From: Promethearchaeota archaeon | GTDB taxonomy: Archaea > Asgardarchaeota > Lokiarchaeia > Sigyniarchaeales > SOKP01 | Direction of reading: 5' to 3' | DNA length: 21,467 bases | Assembly: GCA_048938895.1 (NCBI GenBank) | Contig: JBHLLU010000050.1 | Coordinates: 1 to 21,467 of the forward strand | In this document: positions 1 to 8,419 of the stretch, piece after piece | Position numbering within the stretch: position 1 is the stretch's first letter | How the letters are laid out: each line of letters starts with the position of its first letter | Notes under the pieces: generated by a model | What the model was told of the DNA's origin: nothing | Seen by the model: the letters and a program-made list of their open reading frames with translations, nothing else | Database searches by the model: none | Made by a program: the position numbers and the translations under genes

Positions 1-2273
1 GGAGTAAAAGCAAAGTTAGCTGCTTTTAAGGCATTGTATCCAATTAATAATCCTTTTTTACGGTCAGTGAGTGCCATCCATCCATCAGATACATTTGCGA
101 CTAGACAAGCGATATCGGAATTTCGAGAATCTACCTTATCCATATCCAGATCAAAATGAGATATCCTCCCAAAGTAATTTTTTTTCCATATTCTTAGAAA
201 GTTTTCATTTCCAATCAACTTCGGTTTGATCTCACAGGGCATAACCTCACGCCAACGAACATCATAGGTTGTATACACTGATGAGGTATCATTTACAAAA
301 AAATCTTCTCCTTGAATATCACAAAATTCTATTTCATTTTCAATAAATAGATATGATTGATGTGCATAAAGAGTCAATTTTTTATGTGAGATAACCAGAA
401 ATCCTTTAAGAATCTCAAATTTACTACTTATAGCTACTGCTGCGGAAAACCCATCGCTACCATCCCTAAGTACTTTTAATTCATTCTTTGTTGATGCATA
501 CCTGCTTGGATTTTTTTTATTTCCAAAAGAGACCGCAGTTTCAAGGAAATCTTTTTCCCCGTATTCTTCACTATTGAATTTAAATGATATTACCTTGCTT
601 TGATTATCAAATGTAATTTTAATAAAACTATTAGAGAGTGAATGATTGTTAGCTTGAAGATTATCATCCCTTTCAAAATCTGATTTTGAAGAGAGATTTA
701 GATTTAAATTTAACCATTGTTTATCGGTTTTAAATTTTAATTTTGGTATAATAAATTCAAGCGTAAATACAGATTCAGATCTATTATCTTTATAAATACC
801 ATATTGGATATTTTCATCAATGGAAATAGCTTTTTGATTTTTTGAAATTTCTGAACTTAATTCTTTAGGTAGTTTAAATTTAAGAAGCAAATCCGAATCA
901 ATAATTAACTTTTCCTCTTCTGAGAGACCACGGTTGATGATTGGAAAAATTTGGAGAGAATACTGACCTTTTTGTTCCAATTCATTTAATTTTTTGTTAG
1001 TTTCATCAAACGCTATTTCAAATGCTTTCCTTGAAGCTTCATGAGCTCTATAAACATATGATATTGCAGTTTTAATCCTTTGCGGATGCAAACGAGGAGT
1101 TGATAAGCCAAAATTTGTTGTTGAGGAGAAAAGACATTGATTTTTAATATAGGATTCTGCTAAATCTGATTTATCTCTAATTAATTTATGGATAGGAGTA
1201 GCTTTTTCTTTCGCAAATCTATTGGAAACTAATGTATCACATACGCATTTCAACCAACGAGCTTTTTGAGCGTATGTCCAAAATCGTGTGTTATCATACT
1301 TTTGTGCCCAACTATAAAATCCATTCCAAAGACCATCAGCAACGTCGGGATAGCATGTACATTCACCATGAATGGGTAATTTAGGTATAATATCTATTAA
1401 ATTGGCGAATTCGACATATTGCAATTTATCAACTGCTTTAGCAAATTCCCTTAATCCACCAGTTTTAGGCATCCAACGTAGAATTCTTGGTAATTTAATA
1501 CCAGTCCAATAATGAGCATCCATGTCAAAATTTATAAGAACTAGTGCATGACCATCAATTTCTCCCTTTTCCTGCATTCTTCTTATGAGTTTAAACCAAT
1601 GTTTAATAGAGAAATAGTCGACAATATCCCCAAAACCATAGATCGGAATTAAAAGTGTTGATGAATTTGAAACTGATGAATTAAGTTTCACTAATCCGTA
1701 TCTTTGATTTGCTTTTAGACGAGGAAAAAGAAAAGGGCGTAAAGAATCAAAAGCATATGTTGAATAATACATACAAATTCCTTTTATCCCCATTTCATTA
1801 TATAATTCAATAATCCCTTGAGTAAACATTGTTTCTTGAGTTCTTGCATATGGGGCAACTCTACCTGGAAATAGTTGGTTCAAACCGATTCCCATTTCAT
1901 TTTCTAAATACCAAGCATGATCATGTAAAAATTCTTCAGTATCGAGCATTGCTTGTCCTACATTAGCCCAAGAACCTATAATTACTTCATCCTTTTTTTG
2001 CTTACACCTTTCTATAACCCGATCCAAAACACTTTCCTGAAATTCCCTTTGCAGCTGGATTGACCAGAAAGTATCGGCGTAATCCCATGAGATTTTCATT
2101 GAACCGAAAGAAAAACCCTCATCTTCAATCATATCAAGAGTATCCAAAATCATCTCCATTATCTCAATATCTTTACCAAATCCCGCTACTCCTTTTGAAT
2201 CACCTCGATAAGAATGATAATAATTAATATGAGGAGACAACGCAAAATAGATTTTTTTATCCTCTAATTCCAA
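1..2273 (-). CDS. GH57/GH38-like glycoside hydrolase/deacetylase-barrel protein, at least 757 aa, truncated at the window edge (not in ORF track)
   Basis: Manual translation from TTG at 2273 gives MELEDKKIYFALSPHINYYHSYRGD...DEVIIGSWAN...ARTQETMF...VLINFDMDAHYWTG...DVADGLWNGFYSWAQ. The same frame is still open at the left edge (...KKGLLIGYNALKAANFAFT). Motif order resembles GH57 conserved regions: His motif, nucleophile Glu (TQE), acid/base Asp (FDMD) and a S-W motif. Confidence 0.7.
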   Translation of the reverse strand, partial: MELEDKKIYFALSPHINYYHSYRGDSKGVAGFGKDIEIMEMILDTLDMIEDEGFSFGSMKISWDYADTFWSIQLQREFQESVLDRVIERCKQKKDEVIIGSWANVGQAMLDTEEFLHDHAWYLENEMGIGLNQLFPGRVAPYARTQETMFTQGIIELYNEMGIKGICMYYSTYAFDSLRPFLFPRLKANQRYGLVKLNSSVSNSSTLLIPIYGFGDIVDYFSIKHWFKLIRRMQEKGEIDGHALVLINFDMDAHYWTGIKLPRILRWMPKTGGLREFAKAVDKLQYVEFANLIDIIPKLPIHGECTCYPDVADGLWNGFYSWAQKYDNTRFWTYAQKARWLKCVCDTLVSNRFAKEKATPIHKLIRDKSDLAESYIKNQCLFSSTTNFGLSTPRLHPQRIKTAISYVYRAHEASRKAFEIAFDETNKKLNELEQKGQYSLQIFPIINRGLSEEEKLIIDSDLLLKFKLPKELSSEISKNQKAISIDENIQYGIYKDNRSESVFTLEFIIPKLKFKTDKQWLNLNLNLSSKSDFERDDNLQANNHSLSNSFIKITFDNQSKVISFKFNSEEYGEKDFLETAVSFGNKKNPSRYASTKNELKVLRDGSDGFSAAVAISSKFEILKGFLVISHKKLTLYAHQSYLFIENEIEFCDIQGEDFFVNDTSSVYTTYDVRWREVMPCEIKPKLIGNENFLRIWKKNYFGRISHFDLDMDKVDSRNSDIACLVANVSDGWMALTDRKKGLLIGYNALKAANFAFT

Positions 2274-2418
2274 AATTTCCCAATCTCTTAAATTTAGAAT
2301 TAATGTAAGATAAAATATTAAAAAATTTAATAAGGTTTATCAATCTTTTTAATTAGTTAGCAATTCTGTGTTTTATATGAATATTATTTATATAGGATAA
2401 TTTTATATAATCAATAAT

Positions 2419-3510
2419 ATGGTGGGTAAAATTAATGTAGCATTAATTGGCGTTGGTGATGTTGCATGTGCATTAGTTCAAGGTGTTGAGAATTATAAGA
2501 GGAATAATGATAAGATTATTGGCATATTACCAGAAATTACACAATATAGTATTAATGATATAAATTTTGTCCTAGGTATAGATGTAAATTCTAATAAGGT
2601 TGGAAAGGATTTAAGTAAAGCAATTTTTGCTAGTCCTAATTGCAATATGAAACTCTATGAACCTGAATTTTTAAATGCTCCCGTTATCAAAGGTCCTATA
2701 ATGGATGGATTAGATAGTAATATAAAGAATATAATTCCAGTTGAGAATGAAAGTAAACCTGCAAATATTACTGAAGAATTAAAAAAGCATAATGTCGATG
2801 TTTCAGTCATTCTCCTTCCAACAGGTGCTCATCAAGCAGTCAGATTTTATGCTTTATGTGCTCTTGAAGCGGGATCATGTGTAGTAAATGGAATGCCATC
2901 TCCTGTTGTTAATGATCCTGATATTGTGAAAAAATCAGAGGAATTAAATTTATCCTTAATCGGAGATGATGTTAAATCTCAGATAGGGGCAACAATAATT
3001 CATAGAGCTTTAACTAATCTATTCCCTATGAGAGGTGCAATCTTAGACAGAACCATCCAATTAGATTGGGGTGGATGTAGTGATTTTTGTAATTTACTCA
3101 CTCCAATGCCTAGTGGAGAATTAAGATATGAACAAGGAAAAAGACAATCAAAAACAGAATCTGTGATCGCTAATCTTCAAAATAAAGATAATATCGATTG
3201 CCAAATTTCTGCTGTTGATTACATCCCATTTCTAAAAAATCAAAAAGAAGCTTATATGAGATTGGAGGGGAGAATTTTCGGAGGTGCTCCTGTGAGAGTT
3301 GATATTACTATGTTTGTTGAAGATGGTAATAATTCGGCAGGAATCATAACAGATTGTATTAGAATAAGTAAAATTGCCAAAGATAGAAACATCGGTGGTA
3401 TCCTTCATTCCGCTTGCTCTTTCTTTACTAAACATCCTCCTGAACAATTGGAGGATTATATTGCTAAAGAACGGCTCATAGAATTTATAAATAATAATTC
3501 AAGGTCTTAA
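2419..3510 (+). CDS. ino1: myo-inositol-1-phosphate (inositol-3-phosphate) synthase, archaeal/actinobacterial type
   Basis: Rossmann motif IGVGDVA; GDDVKSQIGATIIHR; GGxxDFxNL; SKTESV; D-x-x-NSAG; C-terminal KHPP. Confidence 0.92.
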   Translation: MVGKINVALIGVGDVACALVQGVENYKRNNDKIIGILPEITQYSINDINFVLGIDVNSNKVGKDLSKAIFASPNCNMKLYEPEFLNAPVIKGPIMDGLDSNIKNIIPVENESKPANITEELKKHNVDVSVILLPTGAHQAVRFYALCALEAGSCVVNGMPSPVVNDPDIVKKSEELNLSLIGDDVKSQIGATIIHRALTNLFPMRGAILDRTIQLDWGGCSDFCNLLTPMPSGELRYEQGKRQSKTESVIANLQNKDNIDCQISAVDYIPFLKNQKEAYMRLEGRIFGGAPVRVDITMFVEDGNNSAGIITDCIRISKIAKDRNIGGILHSACSFFTKHPPEQLEDYIAKERLIEFINNNSRS

Positions 3511-3546
3511 TATTTAGTAGAAAGTAATCCTTTCTTAAAATAAAGA

Positions 3547-4461
3547 TTAACCTTGTACTTTGGCAGGAGCACGATATATTTGCCTTCTGATAAAGAGAAT
3601 GTTATAAATGTAATCAGATATTAAACTAACTGCTTCTGGGACACTTCTAAAACTTGGAAAATCGTTGACATCAACGATATATGGTACTCCATCTTTATTT
3701 AAGATATAATCAATCCCAAAAATAGTCATACCCAATTTTCTTCCTAATCTTAATATTCTTCGTTTAAGCTGTTTATCAATAGGAACTCTCATATGAATAA
3801 GATCCAATGGGGATATTTCCGCTTTTTCTTGGATTCGGTTATGAGAAGTAATGGAGACAGCCCAACGGTCGATAATATAGATTTTATAGACGATTTCATA
3901 TTCTCCTATGTATTCTTGGAAGAATAAATTGTTGCCTTTAAATTCTGTTGTTATTTCCTTAAAATCAGGTATAGTTTCGGCGACTCCAAGAATTCTATCA
4001 TTTCTTGGAAGATAAGGAATGTTATGTGTATCTAATTTAATTATAATACTTTTTCCATTCTTACATGCTTCATACGCATCATTAAAGGAAGGATAAATCT
4101 TTGGTATATTCAATTTTTTACATTTTTGATTGAGAAAGCTAAAAGTATCTTTTCTACTTTCACAAATTTTAACTGAATCTAAGCTGTTTAACAAAGGGAT
4201 ATTAGGAGCATATTCTTTAATTGCATCATAAATAACTTGATTTGATCTTTCTGAATATAATTTCACAATTATTAAAGAAATTGGATACTTCTTTAACTTT
4301 TTTCTAAAATATTTAACATTAAATATATCTGGACCGTTCTTAAATAGGTTTACAATGGATATGTTATAGTTTTTACTACAAAATTTCTTGATCTTTTGAA
4401 AAATCTCGAGATCACGATTGCAAATAGCTCCAACGTAAATTCTATCGAGCTTACTTGACAT
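3547..4461 (-). CDS. ATP-grasp protein, ITPK1-like inositol phosphate kinase (copy A)
   Basis: IIVKL, FFQEYIG-x4-YKIYII, FGIDYI and YIVDVNDFPSF match the ITPK1 pattern HKL / VQxFI...YKVF / FGIDII / VIDINxFPGY. It has D-x-N where RimK has E-x-N. Confidence 0.8.
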   Translation of the reverse strand: MSSKLDRIYVGAICNRDLEIFQKIKKFCSKNYNISIVNLFKNGPDIFNVKYFRKKLKKYPISLIIVKLYSERSNQVIYDAIKEYAPNIPLLNSLDSVKICESRKDTFSFLNQKCKKLNIPKIYPSFNDAYEACKNGKSIIIKLDTHNIPYLPRNDRILGVAETIPDFKEITTEFKGNNLFFQEYIGEYEIVYKIYIIDRWAVSITSHNRIQEKAEISPLDLIHMRVPIDKQLKRRILRLGRKLGMTIFGIDYILNKDGVPYIVDVNDFPSFRSVPEAVSLISDYIYNILFIRRQIYRAPAKVQG

Positions 4462-4530
4462 AGTAAAAACCCTTTATTTTGTTAAATTATGAGTAAATTA
4501 TGTTATTTAAATATATTGATTGAGTATTTG

Positions 4531-4551
4531 AGAAAATTGTCTCAATTTTCT
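4531..4551. promoter_or_regulatory. 9-bp inverted repeat (AGAAAATTG-tct-CAATTTTCT) in the divergent intergenic region; candidate operator
   Basis: Perfect arms at 4531-4539 and 4543-4551, between divergent kinase genes A and B. Function is inferred only. Confidence 0.3.
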
Positions 4552-4688
4552 ATATAGATTAGATTTATATTTCAGTTCCATATTAAATAATTGTTAATTT
4601 AGTAAGAATTGGATTTAAATTAAGAAATTTTTAATACATAATTATAGATCATTTAAATTTTAAATAAAAAGCATCTAAGGTAAAGTCT

Positions 4689-5504
4689 GTGAAAAAAGTA
4701 GGAATCATTATTGATAGGTACCATTTAAAGTATAAAGTTACAGAATTTCTAAAGTACCTAAAAAGTAAAGCGGAAGTTAGAATTTATATTGAGGAAGATT
4801 TTCTGTTCAATAGTTCTGACTTATTGTTTGATGAAGACATCTTTTTTGTTAAAGGAAAAGGAGATCTAATATTAGCTCTTGTTAAATTAATAGAAGAGCA
4901 AACTGATATTCCTGTTATTAACTCTTACAAAGGTACTTGGTTAGCTATTAACAGATTTTTGAATAGTGTATTCCTAAAAAAAGCGGGTATACCGATTCCA
5001 GATTTTTGTTTAAATCCTAAAGGAATTATCCCTCCTTTTAAAGATTATATTATAAAAAATATTATTGATCAAAAAAACTATAAATTTAAGCCAATAGTGC
5101 ATAAAGAAAATGGGCAATTGAGAGTTGCTGATGAAAGAGCTCTTGATGAAGTTGATAAAACTGACCCAAAATATAATTATCTATATTATCAAGAATTTAT
5201 AAAAAGCAAGTGGGAATATAAGATTTATGGTATTGGGGAACAGGTTCTTTTCAACAGACAATTACCAATTCTAGTTAATCCCAATAAAATGGAGTCGAGA
5301 ATTGAAATAGAAGAGATTCCAGAATTGCGGGAATATTGTTATAAAGCAATGGAAACTATTGATTTAGAAGTCACGTCTCTCGATTTTTTAAAGTCAAAAG
5401 ATCAATTTTACTTAACCGATATAAATTGCACACCTAATTTTAATTATCTTAAGAATGGTCCTGAAATTGTAGCAAATTATTTATTAGAACAAGCAAAAAA
5501 ATAA
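4689..5504 (+). CDS. ATP-grasp protein, ITPK1-like inositol phosphate kinase (copy B), GTG start
   Basis: FFVKG, INS...NR, AGIPIP, YYQEFIK...YKIYGIG, SLDFL and LTDINCTPNF (D-x-N). AAGGT lies upstream of the GTG. Confidence 0.75.
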   Translation: MKKVGIIIDRYHLKYKVTEFLKYLKSKAEVRIYIEEDFLFNSSDLLFDEDIFFVKGKGDLILALVKLIEEQTDIPVINSYKGTWLAINRFLNSVFLKKAGIPIPDFCLNPKGIIPPFKDYIIKNIIDQKNYKFKPIVHKENGQLRVADERALDEVDKTDPKYNYLYYQEFIKSKWEYKIYGIGEQVLFNRQLPILVNPNKMESRIEIEEIPELREYCYKAMETIDLEVTSLDFLKSKDQFYLTDINCTPNFNYLKNGPEIVANYLLEQAKK

Positions 5505-5511
5505 TAAAGGG

Positions 5512-6315
5512 ATGAATATGAGTATTGGAATCCTCTCAAAAAGAAAAACCATGATGACGGCTAAATTGAAATCCTGTTTAAAGAAGAAAGGATTTAAGGT
5601 AGCAATTTACACTTTAGAAAACCTAATCATAGATGATTCACTTCTTAAGCACGACTTTTTTATATTGAAGTCAAAAAATCTATTTTTTCTATATGCAGGC
5701 TATTTCTTAGAAGCAAATAATATTCCTGTGATCCCAAAGCCAGATGTTTCATTAATTCAAAAAAATCGTATACAATCGCATTTTTTGATGAAAAAAATAC
5801 GTTTATTGTGCCCGGAAATATATTTAGGGACGCCAGAATCACTCAAAGCCAATTTAAATGAGTTTCCTTACATCCTAAAACCAATCATGGGATCAGGAAG
5901 TAAGGGTGTACGATTAATCAGATCAAAAAAAGATTTTATAACTTATCATAATGGGATTTTGTATGTGGAAAAATTTATCAATGGCATTCATTATAACGTT
6001 TATTTTATTGGAAATGAAATATGTACATTGGTTAAACCTCCTTTATCAAATGAGCATGTTGATATGAAAAAAATAAAGACTCCCGACGATATTCATAAAT
6101 TAATTGATATATGGAAAGATAGTTTTAAGGGAAATCTTTTATTTGGACACTTAGATATTGTGAGAGAAGAATTTACTGATAAATTATATGTAGTAGATCC
6201 TGGGTCATTTCCAGAATTTACAAATTGGAAGTGTGATGGTTCACCCCCCGAAAAAATCTGTGATTTGATACTAGAAAATGTGAAAAAATTATATCCTGCC
6301 ACAAATTTAAATTGA
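5512..6315 (+). CDS. ATP-grasp protein, divergent ITPK1/RimK-like (copy C)
   Basis: FPYILKPIMGSGSKGV loop, YVEKFING, FGHLDIV and YVVDPGSFPEF. It starts 7 bp after copy B, so they are probably co-transcribed. Confidence 0.7.
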   Translation: MNMSIGILSKRKTMMTAKLKSCLKKKGFKVAIYTLENLIIDDSLLKHDFFILKSKNLFFLYAGYFLEANNIPVIPKPDVSLIQKNRIQSHFLMKKIRLLCPEIYLGTPESLKANLNEFPYILKPIMGSGSKGVRLIRSKKDFITYHNGILYVEKFINGIHYNVYFIGNEICTLVKPPLSNEHVDMKKIKTPDDIHKLIDIWKDSFKGNLLFGHLDIVREEFTDKLYVVDPGSFPEFTNWKCDGSPPEKICDLILENVKKLYPATNLN

Positions 6316-6327
6316 GTAGAAGGTAAA

Positions 6328-7296
6328 ATGAGTACTCAAAAAGATATTGAAAAATCAAAGATTTATGGTGAAAAACAAAAAGTTAGATTATATAAAATAA
6401 AGCACTTTATCTTCGATTTTGGAGGGGTAATAGTAGAAAAAACATTTGTAATGAAAAACCTATTTGATATGCTAGATGCTGACTTAAATTTTAAATTACC
6501 TCGATTGGAAAATTCATACGTCAGGAAAATTAAACGGAGTTTAAGTTCAGGAAGGATTTCTTCTTATGAATTTTTAGAAAAAATATTTGATAAATTTTAT
6601 TATCCTTTCCAAAAAACTGGTGGTGCTTTACCTACAAAAAAAGTAAATATAGAATATTACGTAGAATTATGGTTTGATTTATACTCTCAAGTCACTAATA
6701 TTTCCTCAGATATGGCGGAGATTGTTGAAAGATTGCATCAAGCGGGATATATAGTGAGTTTGATGTCAAATACTCATGATATTCATGCTAAATCAAATAT
6801 GGTGAAGGGATTTTATGATATCTTTGATAATGTATTTCTCTCAAATGAAATAGGGTTAATTAAACCAGATATGGAGAAATATAAATACGTAATAAAGAAA
6901 CTTGATACATCTCCAAAAAAATGTATATTCATTGATGATAAAATTAAAAACTTAGTTCCTGCTAGAGAATTGGGAATCATAGTTATTAGATTTGAATCAT
7001 TCAAAAAATTTAAAGAAACATTAAACGAATTAGGGATTGGAAATATCAGTAAAGATCTTCGGCAGCAAATAAAAGACAAATACAAGAAATACAAAAAGAC
7101 CAAAAAAAAATATAAAAAAATAAAAAAAGAGTATAAAAAAGCAAAGAAAGAGTATTTAAAAAAGAAAGGGATTTCTCTCAAAAGGAGATTAGAATTTCAA
7201 CGGAAAAGAGCACGATATCATAAGATAAAATCAGAATATAAAAAGGAACGAGAAATTAAAAAAGAAGAACTTGTGTCCAAACTAAAAGTTACTTAA
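6328..7296 (+). CDS. HAD-superfamily phosphatase (YihX-like, subfamily IA) with a Lys-rich C-terminal extension
   Basis: Motif I FDFGGV, motif II MSNT, motif III KPD, motif IV FIDD. The last 74 aa contain 30 K and 6 R. It starts 12 bp after kinase C. Confidence 0.85.
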   Translation: MSTQKDIEKSKIYGEKQKVRLYKIKHFIFDFGGVIVEKTFVMKNLFDMLDADLNFKLPRLENSYVRKIKRSLSSGRISSYEFLEKIFDKFYYPFQKTGGALPTKKVNIEYYVELWFDLYSQVTNISSDMAEIVERLHQAGYIVSLMSNTHDIHAKSNMVKGFYDIFDNVFLSNEIGLIKPDMEKYKYVIKKLDTSPKKCIFIDDKIKNLVPARELGIIVIRFESFKKFKETLNELGIGNISKDLRQQIKDKYKKYKKTKKKYKKIKKEYKKAKKEYLKKKGISLKRRLEFQRKRARYHKIKSEYKKEREIKKEELVSKLKVT

Positions 7297-7312
7297 ATAA
7301 ATATTCTTCGAT

Positions 7313-8419
7313 TTAACTATCATCTGTTTGTTCAGTTTCTTTATTGAAGTCTTCTATTTTTTGCATTACAGAATCAGATGGTGTTGGTGGTAATGGAATT
7401 TTCTCATAAACTTCAATAAACTTCACATCATCAATTTCATTTGCCATATAGGCCTGTAAATCCATTGCTAACCCAAATTTTACGTAAGTCAGGTTTTGAA
7501 AGAGAAACATCTTTGGAATGGTGATTTCGAGTGTTTTACTCTTAGGAATATAACTAACTTGAAAATCTGAAACATTTTCAGAAGGAATACCTTTGTTAAT
7601 CATAAAATATTCTATCTTTTCATTGAAATCTTCGACTTTATCTATTATTTCTAGATTATAATCAATACTTTGCCCCGCTAGGGGATGATTATAATCGACA
7701 ATAACTCTTCCCTGAACAACATTTGTTACTGTCCCTCTTTGCATTTGTCCTTGAGATTGTTTAACGAATTCCTTACCAATCTCAGGATTCTTTCCTTCAT
7801 TTAATCGCCTAAATTTTGCAATACCTATTCTTTCAATTTTCTGTGGATCACGTTTACCATAGGCTTTATTGGGTGGAATTCTAACAGACTTCTTCTCAAA
7901 GAATTTCATATCTTTAATGACTTCAGTTAATCCTTCATTTAAAAACCCTGGTTTGCCTACAATTACAAATTCAGGGGTGTACATTCCTTGCTTAGCATTA
8001 TTCTCATCATAAATACCTGCTTTTTTAGCATCTTCTTCTGAAGAAACTCTAAATATCGTTCCTTTTTGAGTGCGTGCAGTGATTTTGAGTAATATAAAAT
8101 CACCATCATTCACCTGTTGACCTTGTAATTTCTTCTTCTTCTCTTCAATTCTTTTTTGTTCTTCTTGAAACTTCTCTAATTCTTCTTTATCGTTTTCTAG
8201 TTCCTCAGTAGTGGTTGATGAATCATCTTTCACTGTACTGTCTAATAAGATTCTGGCGCTTTCAATAAATTTTTCAGCACTTGCTTTCCCAATACCTTTA
8301 AGAGATACTAATTCATCAACATCTGCGTTTGCTAGTTTTTCAACAGAATCTATCCCAGCTTCTTTAAGAGTATCTTCCTTCTTACCCAGACCTTTTATAT
8401 CACTTAAATTATAACTCAT
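7313..8419 (-). CDS. Long-type archaeal FKBP (SlyD/FKBP26-like) chaperone with an N-terminal helix-hairpin-helix domain
   Basis: IKGLG and LKGIGKASAEK are HhH motifs, followed by an acidic linker. FKBP motifs are AKKAGIY, IPPNKAYGKRD and VDYNHPLAG, and the C-domain ends in VKFIEVY. ATG at 8419 follows AGGGG (the track uses TTG 8425). Confidence 0.85.
   Translation of the reverse strand: MSYNLSDIKGLGKKEDTLKEAGIDSVEKLANADVDELVSLKGIGKASAEKFIESARILLDSTVKDDSSTTTEELENDKEELEKFQEEQKRIEEKKKKLQGQQVNDGDFILLKITARTQKGTIFRVSSEEDAKKAGIYDENNAKQGMYTPEFVIVGKPGFLNEGLTEVIKDMKFFEKKSVRIPPNKAYGKRDPQKIERIGIAKFRRLNEGKNPEIGKEFVKQSQGQMQRGTVTNVVQGRVIVDYNHPLAGQSIDYNLEIIDKVEDFNEKIEYFMINKGIPSENVSDFQVSYIPKSKTLEITIPKMFLFQNLTYVKFGLAMDLQAYMANEIDDVKFIEVYEKIPLPPTPSDSVMQKIEDFNKETEQTDDS

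Noticed and set aside
3232-3447. 71-aa minus-strand ORF
   Set aside because: Antisense shadow inside ino1 with no recognisable motifs.
5660-6302. Two short minus-strand ORFs (5660-5842 and 6093-6302)
   Set aside because: Both lie antisense within kinase C.
3547-6315. Reading the three ATP-grasp genes as RimK/LysX ligases or a graspetide RiPP cluster
   Set aside because: The metal motif has Asp rather than E-x-N, A and B have YKIY, ino1 is adjacent, and no precursor peptide or LysW-like carrier is visible. It is not fully excluded for copy C.
7102-7140. A9/A7/A7 homopolymer runs as a phase-variation or frameshift site
   Set aside because: The frame is intact, the runs are explained by Lys codons in an AT-rich genome, and the heptad pattern continues across them.
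6813-7181. 122-aa Phe/Leu-rich ORF that looks like a membrane protein
   Set aside because: It is the reverse complement of the HAD gene, including its Lys-rich (AAA) tail.
8211-8414. 67-aa plus-strand ORF
   Set aside because: Antisense to the HhH domain of the FKBP gene.
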